Source of the DNA: Selaginella moellendorffii
Taxonomy: Eukaryota; Plantae; Lycopodiophyta
Assembly: GCF_000143415.4 (NCBI RefSeq)
Contig: NW_003314567.1
Location: 1-11,814, forward strand
Direction: 5' to 3'
DNA length: 11,814 nt
Below, piece after piece: positions 1 through 9,790 of this stretch. A program made the position numbers and the translations under genes. Each line of letters begins with the position of its first letter. The first letter of the stretch is position 1. The notes under the pieces were generated by a model. It made no database searches and had not been told where the DNA came from. It saw nothing but the letters and a program-made list of their open reading frames with translations.

Positions 1-97
1 CAGAGCTGACAGTTCTCAACAAAAGCTCTAGCGATTCAAGATTGACGGGTCACCAGACCCAGCTATTGTGGAAGCGGTAATAAAGTCATGTATTGTG
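1..97 (+). pseudogene. Inverted, frameshifted partial copy of the unknown gene at 10873-11814 (exon end plus first 21 nt of intron); probably extends left of the window
   Basis: 1-97 aligns to the reverse complement of 11425-11524 with 3 substitutions and 3 single-base deletions (gacaagtttctc to gacagttctc; gatttcaag to gattcaag). The shifted frame contains TAG. The donor GCG|gtaa is retained at 76/77. Similarity stops abruptly after tattgtg (97). Confidence 0.92.
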
Positions 98-948
98 ACT
101 TTGTCATACATATACCTCCAAAACTGCAGGTTAAAAAACAAAAGGTGATTAGGTGGATTGAGCGTTCTGAAAGATTAGTTTAGTGCAGAAAACGAGTTAA
201 ACGCATTTACACCGAACAGAAAATGCCATGCAGTAGTCCCAATATCAAGAAAATCAGGTATCATATTCTTTACGCATATGCTTTTAGGGCATGATAAACT
301 GCCGTACATTGCTCTGGGTAGATTGCAGCGTCCTCTCCTCGCCAAATGTGTAGATGACTTTGCCCGGAACCACATCGCGTCGCAAAGGAACCAGTGCTTG
401 TGGAAAACCACAGGTCCACTAAGTCAACTTTCACAACTTTAAAAACCCTTTGGAGAATTGATGGTGAAGGAAATGGGCCGTGAACGTCAACAGGGTGAAA
501 TCACACTGTTAGGGGAGAGTAGCGAAAGCTTGTTTGCACTTGTCTGAGATTGGGAGCCTGACTTCCAAGGCAGGATAAGGAGGTGTTGCATGCATCTGTT
601 TTATTGATGCCACCACCCAAGCATACCAATAGCAACGTCCTGATGAAAGCCATTGAGAATGTTAGAAACCCCTTGCCAAAGTTTAGCAGTGGCGCTGGTA
701 GCAGTGGTAGTGGTGGTGACAACCGGCATAAGCAGCAGCGATCGTGGTGGAGCAACTACATTTGTGGCACGCTAAGAATTAGCTAGTGATTTCTGGACAG
801 AGAGAATTTATGCCAAGCTATCAAGAACAAGAGTAGGATTGTTTTGTGTCACTGCTCAGGAACCACATGATGGAGCCTGGGAGTATGATTCTATTTTTTA
901 CACTTTAACCTAACTGGTTAAAGGGGTGATTATTTGATTGTAAAGTCC

Positions 949-1025
949 TTTTTTTATCCTATTATTTTGATCTGGTGTGTAACAATGTTTTTTTATCCTA
1001 TTATCCTAACTTGGTGCTTAACAAT
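949..1025. repeat. Degenerate tandem duplication, two 38-bp units, period 39
   Basis: tttttttatcctattattttgatctggtgtgtaacaat (949-986) vs tttttttatcctattatcctaacttggtgcttaacaat (988-1025), 31/38 identical. Confidence 0.8.
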
Positions 1026-1225
1026 TTTCCCCTCACCAAGAAATAATTGCAATCATCTTTAAGTCACCTTCCTGTCACCATAGTCTTTTTCTTAGAGTTT
1101 ATTATCTTCCTTTAGATCCACCATGTTAAATATTCTTTCAGAATATTTCTGCCCACGAAAATTAAACAATAATATTCATTGAAAACCAATGAAAAGCTAA
1201 CACTTCCAATAACTGAAGACTGTGT

Positions 1226-1277
1226 TGACTAAAAATTGACTTTTAGCGAAGTTTTACGGTCAAACTATTTGCTTAAT
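1226..1277 (+). repeat. Direct repeat, copy 1 (partner 9793-9838)
   Basis: tgactaaaaattgactttta followed by ggtcaaactatttgcttaat. The last 20 bp (1258-1277) are identical to 9819-9838 and the first block matches tgactaatattgactttta (9793-9811). Confidence 0.8.
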
Positions 1278-1339
1278 TAGACTCACGCTTCTGAATTGTA
1301 CAGTTCAAGAAGAAATCCTTCCTACCTTCGTAGAAACGA

Positions 1340-4300
1340 TCAGCTTTGCAAGATGGCACGGCCCAAGTTGGATGCCAGTGCCAATCTCAGGCGATCCACA
1401 GCGCCAGGCTCTGCGGTGCCTAGGATGTCGTTCTCTAGGCGGTCCCTGGCGAGGAAGAGTTCCTGGAGGCAGCAGAGTAGAGTGTTTGTTTCGGACTCGC
1501 TAACCAGCACTTGCTCCGGCCATTCCAGCAGCTCCATCTGATCGATCCGAAGTTTAGAGTGTAAACGAGACGTGAGAACAGCTCCATACCGATTCTTGGA
1601 GCAAGGACAGCCAGAATTTACGTGGAAAGGTTCCAGATTTTAGAAGCTGCAAGCCGGGGTTTTAGTGAGCAAGAAGAAGTTCCGAACGGATTGGTAACCT
1701 GGAGAAGAGAAGTCACCGCTGCTCTGCCTCGCGCAGCGAGGTTTTCGGTGTAGGAAGCCTCCCTACGACGCAGATCTCTGATGTTTTGCACCGCTGCCTT
1801 AAAGCTTTTGTACCTGCGTGAAGTTGGAAGTGAGCTCCGGATAGTTTTGCAACTGTATGAAGTGAGTACCTTGCTAGGAACGACAGGCCTTGATGCTTCG
1901 TTGCTCCCGAGCCAAGGATGTCACAGAGACCCTCAAAATGCTGGCACGGGAAAAGAGCGTTAAAAGTGTGCGTGTATCAAATAAAACGTAAGACTGCTAC
2001 CTCGAGATTATCCAGACTATCAGCTTCACCAGACGTTATTGTGTTCAAAAGCTATCCGCAAGAGTAGAAAGCCTCTGCTCGTCTCGGGCCAATTGAAGCC
2101 ACATTATCCCTTGGCCCTTCTTTCCATGCTTTAAACTATGAACACCAACAGCCTGGAAGACATAAAACACAGGTGAGAACCCCAAGCCTGGAAAGGAAGA
2201 GGATACTAAACCCTGGCGATGGCTGTGCTCACGGTATCAGGTTCATAGAGGCGGCATATCTCTAGTGCCTGTTGCACAAAATTCACATTAAGATTCAAGA
2301 AAACGTCACACCAAGACCAACCTTCAATGCCAGTTTCTGATTGGAACAACTCTGCTTCATTAGGAGAGCTTCAAGCATTCCCAGACCTTGCTTTGGGCAA
2401 GCCGCGAGGTAAACAGGTGCTAGCTGAGATAATTGTTAGACAAACATCAAGAACAAAGAAATCAACGATATACCTGCCAGGTTAAGCTGTGCGAAGACAG
2501 TACTTGAGAATAAACCAAACGATGGAGTTCTTTCAAGCTCAAGCCGCCTAGAGTTTGCCTGTCTTCTTCAAGAAGAGATCGAACGTCCTCCCCTTTTGCT
2601 ATCAGGAGATCATCAACATGCGCCATCATCCTGATAGAAAATTTATATAAATATTCGACATGAGAAGTTCTTACCAGGCATTGAAAACCTTCGTACACTT
2701 CGCAAAGAGTATCTGTATAGTACTGGGAAGAGCATTTACCTCGGTGTCGTTGCTGATAATTGCAGATAAAAGTTCTTCAAGGTCTTCGTCCCCAGAACTT
2801 TTCAATCCTTTGCACTTGGAAGCTATGCTACGCATTCCATCTAAGACCTGCACCCGATAATTGCAAGTGAACTTAGCACACTACACAGTTCATACATACC
2901 AAAGAAAAAGGTATCAGATGTAGGAAATGCGCCACCAGCAGCTCCATCCAGTGAAACGTAGAGAGCTGTAGAACATCAACGTTTCCCAATAGCACCTGTA
3001 TTAGCTTCTTAAGACCAAGAAGCGTCCCACGGTGGTTGCATTCCGCCCAAAACACACTATTTTCAAGCTTGGAAACCTGACTTCGCCATTTTTCCCTCGC
3101 CTGCATGTAATAAAATCTGAGAAACTAAAAACTTTGCTGCAACCACATCAAACCTTAGAAAAGTCAGGCTTAAAACCTATAGCAACACCAGGACTTCCAT
3201 CAGGGAGCCTCGGGTGCAACCGCGGCATTTGCATAATGATCAGTGTAACTGCCTCTACGAGGCCATTTTCAGTCTGCCAAGACATAAAAAAGCATCCGGA
3301 AGTTAACGCAAGTCAACAAAACAGCATGGTGAAAGAAACCTGCCAGTCATCAAGCTGATCCAATCGATACGATCCATGCATCCGCAAGAACGCTATCTGG
3401 AAGATTAAGATTTACCAATGGAACTTACACGCACAGTTTTCCAACTTACAACAACGTCAAGCCATCCAACTGACAAGGCCGAGGCCATTGCATCCCAGTA
3501 AGCTACATCGTCTTCGGGAAACTGCAAGTGCAAGTTAAACAACGATACACAAAGAGAAAACAAAAAGCTGCAAGACTTCGAACTTACTTGAATCTCGGAA
3601 AGCTTCCGCTGGAACGACAGTACCTTGGAATGTACAGTGTCTTCATCACTCAAGAGGACTTTTGTCATACTCCTGCAAAGCTCACAGGCAAATCAATCAT
3701 AAGTCAAAAATAAAAAATAAAAATCACTGCTTCTTACCGCTAGCCAGTCTACAAGACGCTCCGGAAGCCACCATGTCGCGCTTCTGTCCACATAGAAAAC
3801 TTCTATGAGCTCCCACACAGCCTTAAGCATCGACGTATTCTCCTCCTGCAAGAAAAAAACTAAAAAAAACTAAAAAAATCTTTCACATCATTCGCTCACG
3901 TATGATACAATGGCTAACCTTGCCTTGGGTGGGCTGGTCGAGAACGCTGCGAATGCTCTTGCTATACTCTAATACATGCTCCCACCTGTGATCACACCTA
4001 GCGTTTCTAGAGTAAAACGAGAAGAATTTTTCATACCAGTCGCCTGTAGCCCAATTGCCGCTGGTTCTGGAGAAGAGCAAAAGCCGGGAGAGAATCATGC
4101 CGCCTCTCGGCATCCCATCCTTCTCCCAGATGAATCTCCGTGACTCTTCCACCGCCTCCCACAGCATTCTCGATGTAGGAGAGCTGGAGCGGGTTCCCAC
4201 GACACCCACAATCGCCCTGGATCCCTCAATCCGCCCGGCACGCTATAGATTACCGCGGCCGAGGAGCTGAGGATCCCTCGGCATCCTTAAGTTAAGAGGT

Positions 4301-4508
4301 GCCTCCTATCATGGAGTGAAAAATCTTAGAATTGGCTTGTCCCAATCAGGATGTCGATGGAATTGGACTGGGTGGCAAAGATTGAGTGCCAAAGGTTGGC
4401 TCAAAAAACAAACTATTTGTTCTCTGAGAATATCTCGAGAATGTTATTCATTACACCGGCATTACGCTCCCCGTTCTCCAGCTCCTCGAGACGCCGGATC
4501 CCCGGCAT
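1340..4508 (-). pseudogene. NUP85: Nuclear pore complex protein Nup85 copy, ~18 exons, disrupted by frameshifts
   Basis: Spliced GT-AG exons give plant Nup85-like peptides: AVIYSVPGGLRDPGRLWVSW, DSLPAFALLQ, WWEHVLEYSK, LKAVWELIEVFYVD..WLPERLVDWLA, YWDAMASALSVGWLDVV, LRMHGSYRLDQL, TENGLVEAV..MPR, ELHRLVYSQVLSSHSLTWQLAPVYL, RLRLALASNLGRAILQS* (stop 1340). Frameshifts at ~4196, ~4050, ~3661 (GAC AAA A GTC, +1) and ~2053 (GAT AG CTT, -1). The 5' end is uncertain (ATG at 4508 or 4284). Confidence 0.88.
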
Positions 4509-4520
4509 CACGCGCTCCAG

Positions 4521-6312
4521 AATCAGGCCTATCTTCCCAAGATCATCGTCGTGATTGGGCTCAGCATTGCCCAACTCTCGATCCTGATGCTCCCGGCGGA
4601 CGTCGCGAATCGCCATTCCTGCGAGAAGAATCTCTACGTCGGGGCGTGTAAGCTCACTCTCCCGATGAAGCAGCTATGGTGGGCGGTTTACATCATCGAC
4701 ACTGTGCTCGTCATTCTTTTCGCGATCTTCTTCTACGAGAGCGATCAGGAGAAGTAATCTTCCATCTTTTTGTTCTTGTTCTTAGAATACTCGATTGACC
4801 AAGCTCCTCCTAGAGTTTCTTAAGTTCTTTCTATTCCTCCATGATCTCAAAAGCTTTCTTTGTTCGTGGTGATTTCCAGGACTGTGACACAAAGGGTAAA
4901 GAACGCTCTCTTGTGGGTGGTGATACTCCTCACAGTCTTCTGCCTCCTTTTGGGAATTCTCTATGGTAAGAAGTTCTTTTCCATCTTTTGTTCTTAAACC
5001 CTTCTTCTATGTGATTGCTTGAAGCTGTGATTGGCTATGCCAATTTCACCGTGAGACATCTTTCATCCACGACGCTGGCGTTCATCAATGATTTTAGCTC
5101 GCTCAATGCAAAGGCTCCATTCTTGTTTTCGGCTAGTTTCTCCTTATCTTCTAATGTTACTCTCATGGTAAGCCTTTTCTTCTACATTTTCCCTTTCTTC
5201 ATTCATCTGGCAATATTGTGTGACAGTGTGCAGCTTATATGTCTGGATCTCTGGTTAAAACTACGTGGTCTGTGCGTGCGCCCTTCCCAACTTACGTGAT
5301 CACATTAAACACAATAATAGGATCAATACTCTTCACAGTAATGTCGTTTTATGTTTTGTTTTCTAGAAGATCTGATTTCATTCCTGCAGATGTTTGGAGG
5401 TGTTGGAATGGCAACATTACCAGTGAGCCTCATATTTGCGTTCAAGTATAGGCCCAAGTGTGTTATTACTCGTGCTCAATATGTAAAGGTGTGTGTGTGA
5501 GTTGTTCTCGTTTCTTGCAACTAATATCTTCAAGGTGATCTAGCCAAGTGCTCTAACGAGCTAAAAACGGCGACTTTGGGCCTCCAACGCGAAGAGAGAG
5601 GTGGGAAGAAAGGACGGAAGTTTCGACAAAATGTGAAGAAAGTCCAGCAGGTGAGCACCACTGCACACAGAAACAAAAGTAAATGGTGGACGTGATCGTG
5701 TTGACAAACGCATATGTGTAGCTCGATTCAGGAGCTTGTCTTTTTGGAAGATGATGTTGAAGCTCTGAACGAGGCATTCCCACAGGGAGAGAAGGTACCG
5801 TTCTAGTTTACCATTTATGATTCTACTGCTAGTTTTCTCTCAGGCAGACACAACGGTTCTCTTCTACTTAGCCAAGCTTGTTTTTGGCATTTTCGGGTAA
5901 GAAAGTCCTTGAAAAAAAGATTCAGTCTTATTATTTCTCTTGTTGCAGTTTGGCTTTGTCTATACTTTGGCTTCTCCACATCATTGTTTTCATGCTTGCC
6001 AATCCTCCAGCTTTTCTGTTTCTGAATCAAGCCTTTATTCAGCTTGACAGTGTTGGGGGTACTTTCTGTCGATGCGATCTCTAGATCTGAATAGTTTCCT
6101 TCCTTTCAGGCTTGTTAGGAACCACTGCGTTTGCAATCTTTTGCTACTACCTCGTCATGTCTGTCATATCTGGAGAGATGCATCTGGGAATGAGGCTTCT
6201 GTTTCTTTCCATTCATCCAATGAAGTAAGCACTTTTTTTTTTAAATGCATTTTCTAGAATGTAATGGTTTTTATTATGAAACTATAGGTACCAAGGCACG
6301 CTCATGAACTCG
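4521..6312 (+). pseudogene. LIMR/LMBR1-family membrane protein copy, 11 exons, truncated at both ends
   Basis: Exons translate to [113 protein letters not shown]. The expected N-terminal ~35 aa and the C-terminal part are absent. Frameshift at the start of the exon at 5535 (AAG|GT GAT CTA) and apparent short in-frame deletions. Confidence 0.88.
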
Positions 6313-7592
6313 ATCCAATGTGGCACGAGAATGTGATCGCGTCGGGCGCGCAACCGTCGAGCGCCATGGATTCCAGCAGCTGGAGCGCCGATCGGCCGTG
6401 CCCGGCCTTGGCCGTGGCCGTGATGGCGATATTCCAAGAAACCGTGCTCTGTCGATCATCCCCAGGAAGATCTCGCGCGCGTCGTCCAGCCGCCCGGCTG
6501 AAGAGATGGACAAGGGAATTCCCCACCGCCCCCTCGCGGTAGAGGCGCTGTGGCGGATATCGGGTGCGCCAGTGATGGATCTTGGATCGCTGTGGCCGCG
6601 AAAAGCAAGCTCACGATCGTCTCAAGATCCATGATCCGGAAGAGCTGGATCGCGTCGGCGCCGGCGCCGTGCTGCGCGTAAGGCCGTGATCATCGTCGTC
6701 CACGACACGATGTTTGCATGGCGTCGATCCACCAGTCCCGCCTGTGCGTAGGCCGAGATGATCGTGTTCCAGGACGGGAGATTCCTCGGCGCCGTCATCA
6801 AATCGAATGCCTGCCGCGCCTCCTCAGCGCCGGGATCATCACGTTCCAGGCAACGGTGTTGCAGTGCTTCATCCGCGAGAAGAGCTCCCTCGCCTGGTCG
6901 ATCTTCCCCACGGATCCATAGCCCGCGATCATGGACGTGATGGACATGAGATCCGAATGATCCAGCGCGAGGAAGAGCTCCTCGGCGTTGCGCATCTGCG
7001 CTCGGCGTAGCCCTGGATCATGCTCAACCACGCGACACAATCCCAGTGCGGCATAGCATCGAAGACCGATCGCGCGAGATCGACCTCGCTGCAGGAGACG
7101 CTGGCGTGGAGGAGATTTTTCCAGCTCGAGACGTCCCTCTCGTCTATGGCGTCGCGAAAGAACTCCTGGGCTTCGCGAATTTGCCCGGATTGGGCAAATG
7201 CTGCGATCATCGCGTTCGCAGAGACGACGCTCCGGGCAGGCATCCGCGCAAAGACCTCCCGCGCCTCGCCGATCCGGAGGCGCTGCGCGGCGATGGTTAA
7301 CGACGTCGCGCCGGGGGGATTCCACGAACAGGGATCGCGCGTCGCGGAAGCAGCCGTTCTGGGCAAGCGCGGCGATGGTGATGTTGATGGTGAAGAGGTT
7401 GCGGACGCGGAGCTCGCGGAAGACGACCATGCGCTGGCGATGGAGCGGCAGGCGCCATACATCTGGATGAGGAGATTGGCGACGAAGAGATCGGTGTGCC
7501 AGCCCGTGCAATCGCCGGCCGCCCTCCAGATCCCTGCCCGCGATGCATCGCCGCAGCAGCACGACGTAGCCCGACGCCCCGGGATCGCTCAT
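6313..7592 (-). pseudogene. Intronless PLS-type pentatricopeptide repeat (PPR) pseudogene with many frameshifts, 3'-truncated
   Basis: PPR motifs are spread over all three minus frames: LFVANLLIQMYGAC, AREVFARMPARSVVSANAMIAAFAQSGQIREA, ARSVFDAMPHWDCVAW, ARELFSRMKHCNTVAWNVMI, NIVSWTTMI, TVSWNIAITATAKAGHGRSALQLLESMALDGCAPDAITF. Likely ATG at 7592. Sharply GC-rich segment. Confidence 0.92.
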
Positions 7593-7611
7593 CCTCCTCG
7601 TCCCCGCACAC

Positions 7612-7655
7612 TTCCGAGGAAGAACAAGACTGCGTTTCCGAGGAAGTACAAGACT
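7612..7655. repeat. Tandem repeat, two 20-bp units, period 24, just upstream of the PPR start
   Basis: ttccgaggaagaacaagact (7612-7631) vs ttccgaggaagtacaagact (7636-7655), 19/20 identical. Confidence 0.85.
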
Positions 7656-7687
7656 AATCTGTCGTTTAAAGCATATTCTAAGGATAG

Positions 7688-7786
7688 GCATAATCTACGT
7701 CAGCCCTAAATTCTAAGATGGTAAACTTTAAAATTAGGGCTTTTGGAAGAATATAAATAAGCATAATCCACGTCCGCCCTAATTCT
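7688..7786. repeat. Spaced direct repeat (~27 bp) with ACGT core and gccctaa motif in the PPR upstream region
   Basis: gcataatctacgtcagccctaaattct (7688-7714) vs gcataatccacgtccgccctaattct (7761-7786). An inverted aattagggc lies between them (7732-7740). Confidence 0.7.
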
Positions 7787-7795
7787 TCTTCTATG

Positions 7796-9300
7796 CTAAA
7801 AGACTTTTAGCAGTAAAGTCTTTGGTTCGATTTCTGTAGACTGGAGCACGAGTCCGAGTTGATGGAAGTCGGATTAAATCATGTAGCACCAGTCGGCCTC
7901 CAGCCTTGTCGCGATCCAGCCTTTAAATTGAAACGCTGGCACTTCTTCATTCTTGCTGAGATCGATCAGCAAGTACTTCTCTTTCAAGTAGTCATACATG
8001 ATCTTGTGCACCAAGCCTGGAAGCTTACAAACAAGGATGAGACAGACACTAAGATCGAAAGACAGAAGAAAAGAAAATTAAGAAAGCTTACCAGCTTTGT
8101 GCAAAGCTTTCAATCCTCGCAAAACTCCATATGCCATGTCGCGCATGTCCTCCTCATTGTCGGGATATTTCTTCACACAGAGTGGTAGAGTTTCCACCTC
8201 GTAGACCGCCTTCATCTCCTTGATCGCTTCCGTGCTCTTGGTGACCGTCGCAAATCTCGCTCTCTTTCGTTCTGATGATTCGCAACTATCGGAACCTAAG
8301 CGAGAGGACGTGTGTTTCGGAATGGCAGTGAGAGTCACCTCGCGCATGAGTTGTCCCTCCTTGGACTCAAGTTCAGGCCCGAACACGCTACTAATCATAT
8401 GTCCGCCACACTTCCGAACACGCTACTAATCATATGTCCGCCACCTTCTATGGCAGCGGTGTAAGTGGCCTCGAGGCCGGCAAGACAGACCTCGTGCTCG
8501 GAAGAATACGCTTCGAAGTCTACGATTCTCTTCACAGCGCCCTTGAGCGTGAGCTTGATTTCCCAGTGACCATGGAGAACAAACGTATCAAGCGGAGGCC
8601 TGCAACGATCTAGTCAGTACGGAATCGGTGCGAGCTTGTTCATCACTCAGGGCCACGCTCGCATCCATTCATAGCAACAAGAAGTAGAGCTTGAACGGTA
8701 TGTTCTTAGTCACATCCAGCACGTCAGTCACTGGCGTGAGGACTCCCTGCGCCAAAAGAACGTTAGAAAACAGAGATTTCTCAGTGAATCAACGCTTCTT
8801 GCTTGCAGCATGAAAAACTGGACGAACTGGCCTGCAGCTGCGTAGCATATCATAATCTTGAGCTCCCGATACATTGCCGGAGGGAGTTCCATAATCTTCG
8901 CAGCGAGCTCGGCCTTCGCCTTCTCAAACTTGTTGGGATTCTTCCTCTCCTCGCCAAATGCGCTTTTTCCCCGCGGCGGATTCGACTTGCTGAAGAACTT
9001 CCATCATGGAAGTTCCGTGATGACTCCTTCGTCGATAAGCGTTTGGGACACACAATCTCTCAGCAGGTCCCAGATTCGCTGGAACTGCATTGCTGTCGCG
9101 TCGAAGTACTCCTCCCCGGCCACCAAGGAACCAAGCAAGTGGAAAACCGCCCAGCCTCATTCGTGACATCGAAGAACTCATCCATGGAGGAAGGAGGGGG
9201 GACACGACGTCGAGACGTCGAAGTCGGATAGAAAAGCTTTCACGTCGTCGTCGGGCCCAGACGATATACAGCGAGCAGGCTTTCAGGATCTCCTCGGTGC
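7796..9300 (-). pseudogene. Crinkler/RHS (CR)-type gene remnant: restriction-endonuclease-fold domain followed by a protein kinase domain
   Basis: Minus-strand frames give ATAMQFQRIWDLLRDCV...AFGEERKNPNKFEKAKAELAAKIMELPPAMYRELKIMICYAAAGQFVQFF (REase-like), then GAVKRI...YPDNEEDMRDMAYGVLRGLKALHKAG|LVH..IMYD..KYLLIDL...GWIATRLEADWCY..SDFHQLGLVL (kinase subdomains VIa, VII, IX). Introns at about 8747-8802 and 8017-8091. In-frame stops (e.g. 9004-9006, 7874-7876), frameshifts, and the HRD catalytic loop is deleted. Confidence 0.75.
8379..8444. repeat. Perfect 31-bp tandem duplication, period 35, inside the kinase remnant
   Basis: ccgaacacgctactaatcatatgtccgccac at 8379-8409 and 8414-8444. Confidence 0.95.
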
Positions 9301-9589
9301 CTGGAAGAGATATCAATGCTCATTCTGATCAAGAAGAAATCACGAGGGCCTGCTGGCTGGCCGTCCCCGTCAGCAGGGCAACAAGGCGGGCGAGCTTGTA
9401 CGGAAGATGTTCCCTCCACCAAGATTTACAAGGCTGGAGACAAGATCAAGCTTGTCTTTCCTTTCCTCGACGTAGGGCGGAAGGATGTACACCCAGAGCC
9501 CAGGGAAGATGGTCCAGCTTAATGCGTGGAGAACCCGACTTGTATCGACGCAGGACAGAAACATCCTCCATCTTCTACTCCACTGCAAT

Positions 9590-9790
9590 ATGAGTTGTGG
9601 CGAGGCTTGGCTGATCTTCAGAAGGCGTGGCCAGTGGAAGTGAACGCTCTTGCAGAGCTGTTATTGCGTTCTCCCGCACCGAGTTTGGCAGCAGCCTTGA
9701 GGTTGGGAGGTATTTGGCAGGTGAGGAGGGAGCGAGCACCGAGTACGAAGGGACCACCTTGCTGCGAGAGTGTATTGATTATGTAATCCA
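9590..9790 (+). pseudogene. Possible second, oppositely oriented and divergent CR-REase N-terminal fragment
   Basis: Plus-frame LEVGRYLAGEEGASTEYEGTTLLRECIDYV resembles minus-strand LLGSLVAGEEYFDATAMQFQRIWDLLRDCVSQT. It ends where the 9793 repeat starts. Short, eye-aligned match only. Confidence 0.35.

Noticed and set aside
3853-3878. A-rich repeat (aaaaaaact units)
   Set aside because: Low-complexity polypyrimidine tract of a Nup85 intron.
4409-4419. caaactatttg matching the core of the 1258/9819 repeat
   Set aside because: Only 11 bp with no flanking similarity; may be chance.
6318-7709. Long plus-strand ORFs (e.g. 7020-7709, 229 aa) and the 297-aa minus ORF 6798-7691
   Set aside because: The plus ORFs are antisense shadows of the GC-rich PPR pseudogene. 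The minus ORF drifts in and out of the PPR frame across frameshifts and is not an intact protein.
8379-8444. 31-bp direct repeat as a CRISPR array
   Set aside because: Only two copies 4 bp apart, inside eukaryotic coding-derived sequence, with no cas genes.
8803-9593. Plus-strand ORFs 8803-9231, 8858-9166 and 9090-9593
   Set aside because: Mostly antisense to the CR gene remnant; no recognisable motifs.
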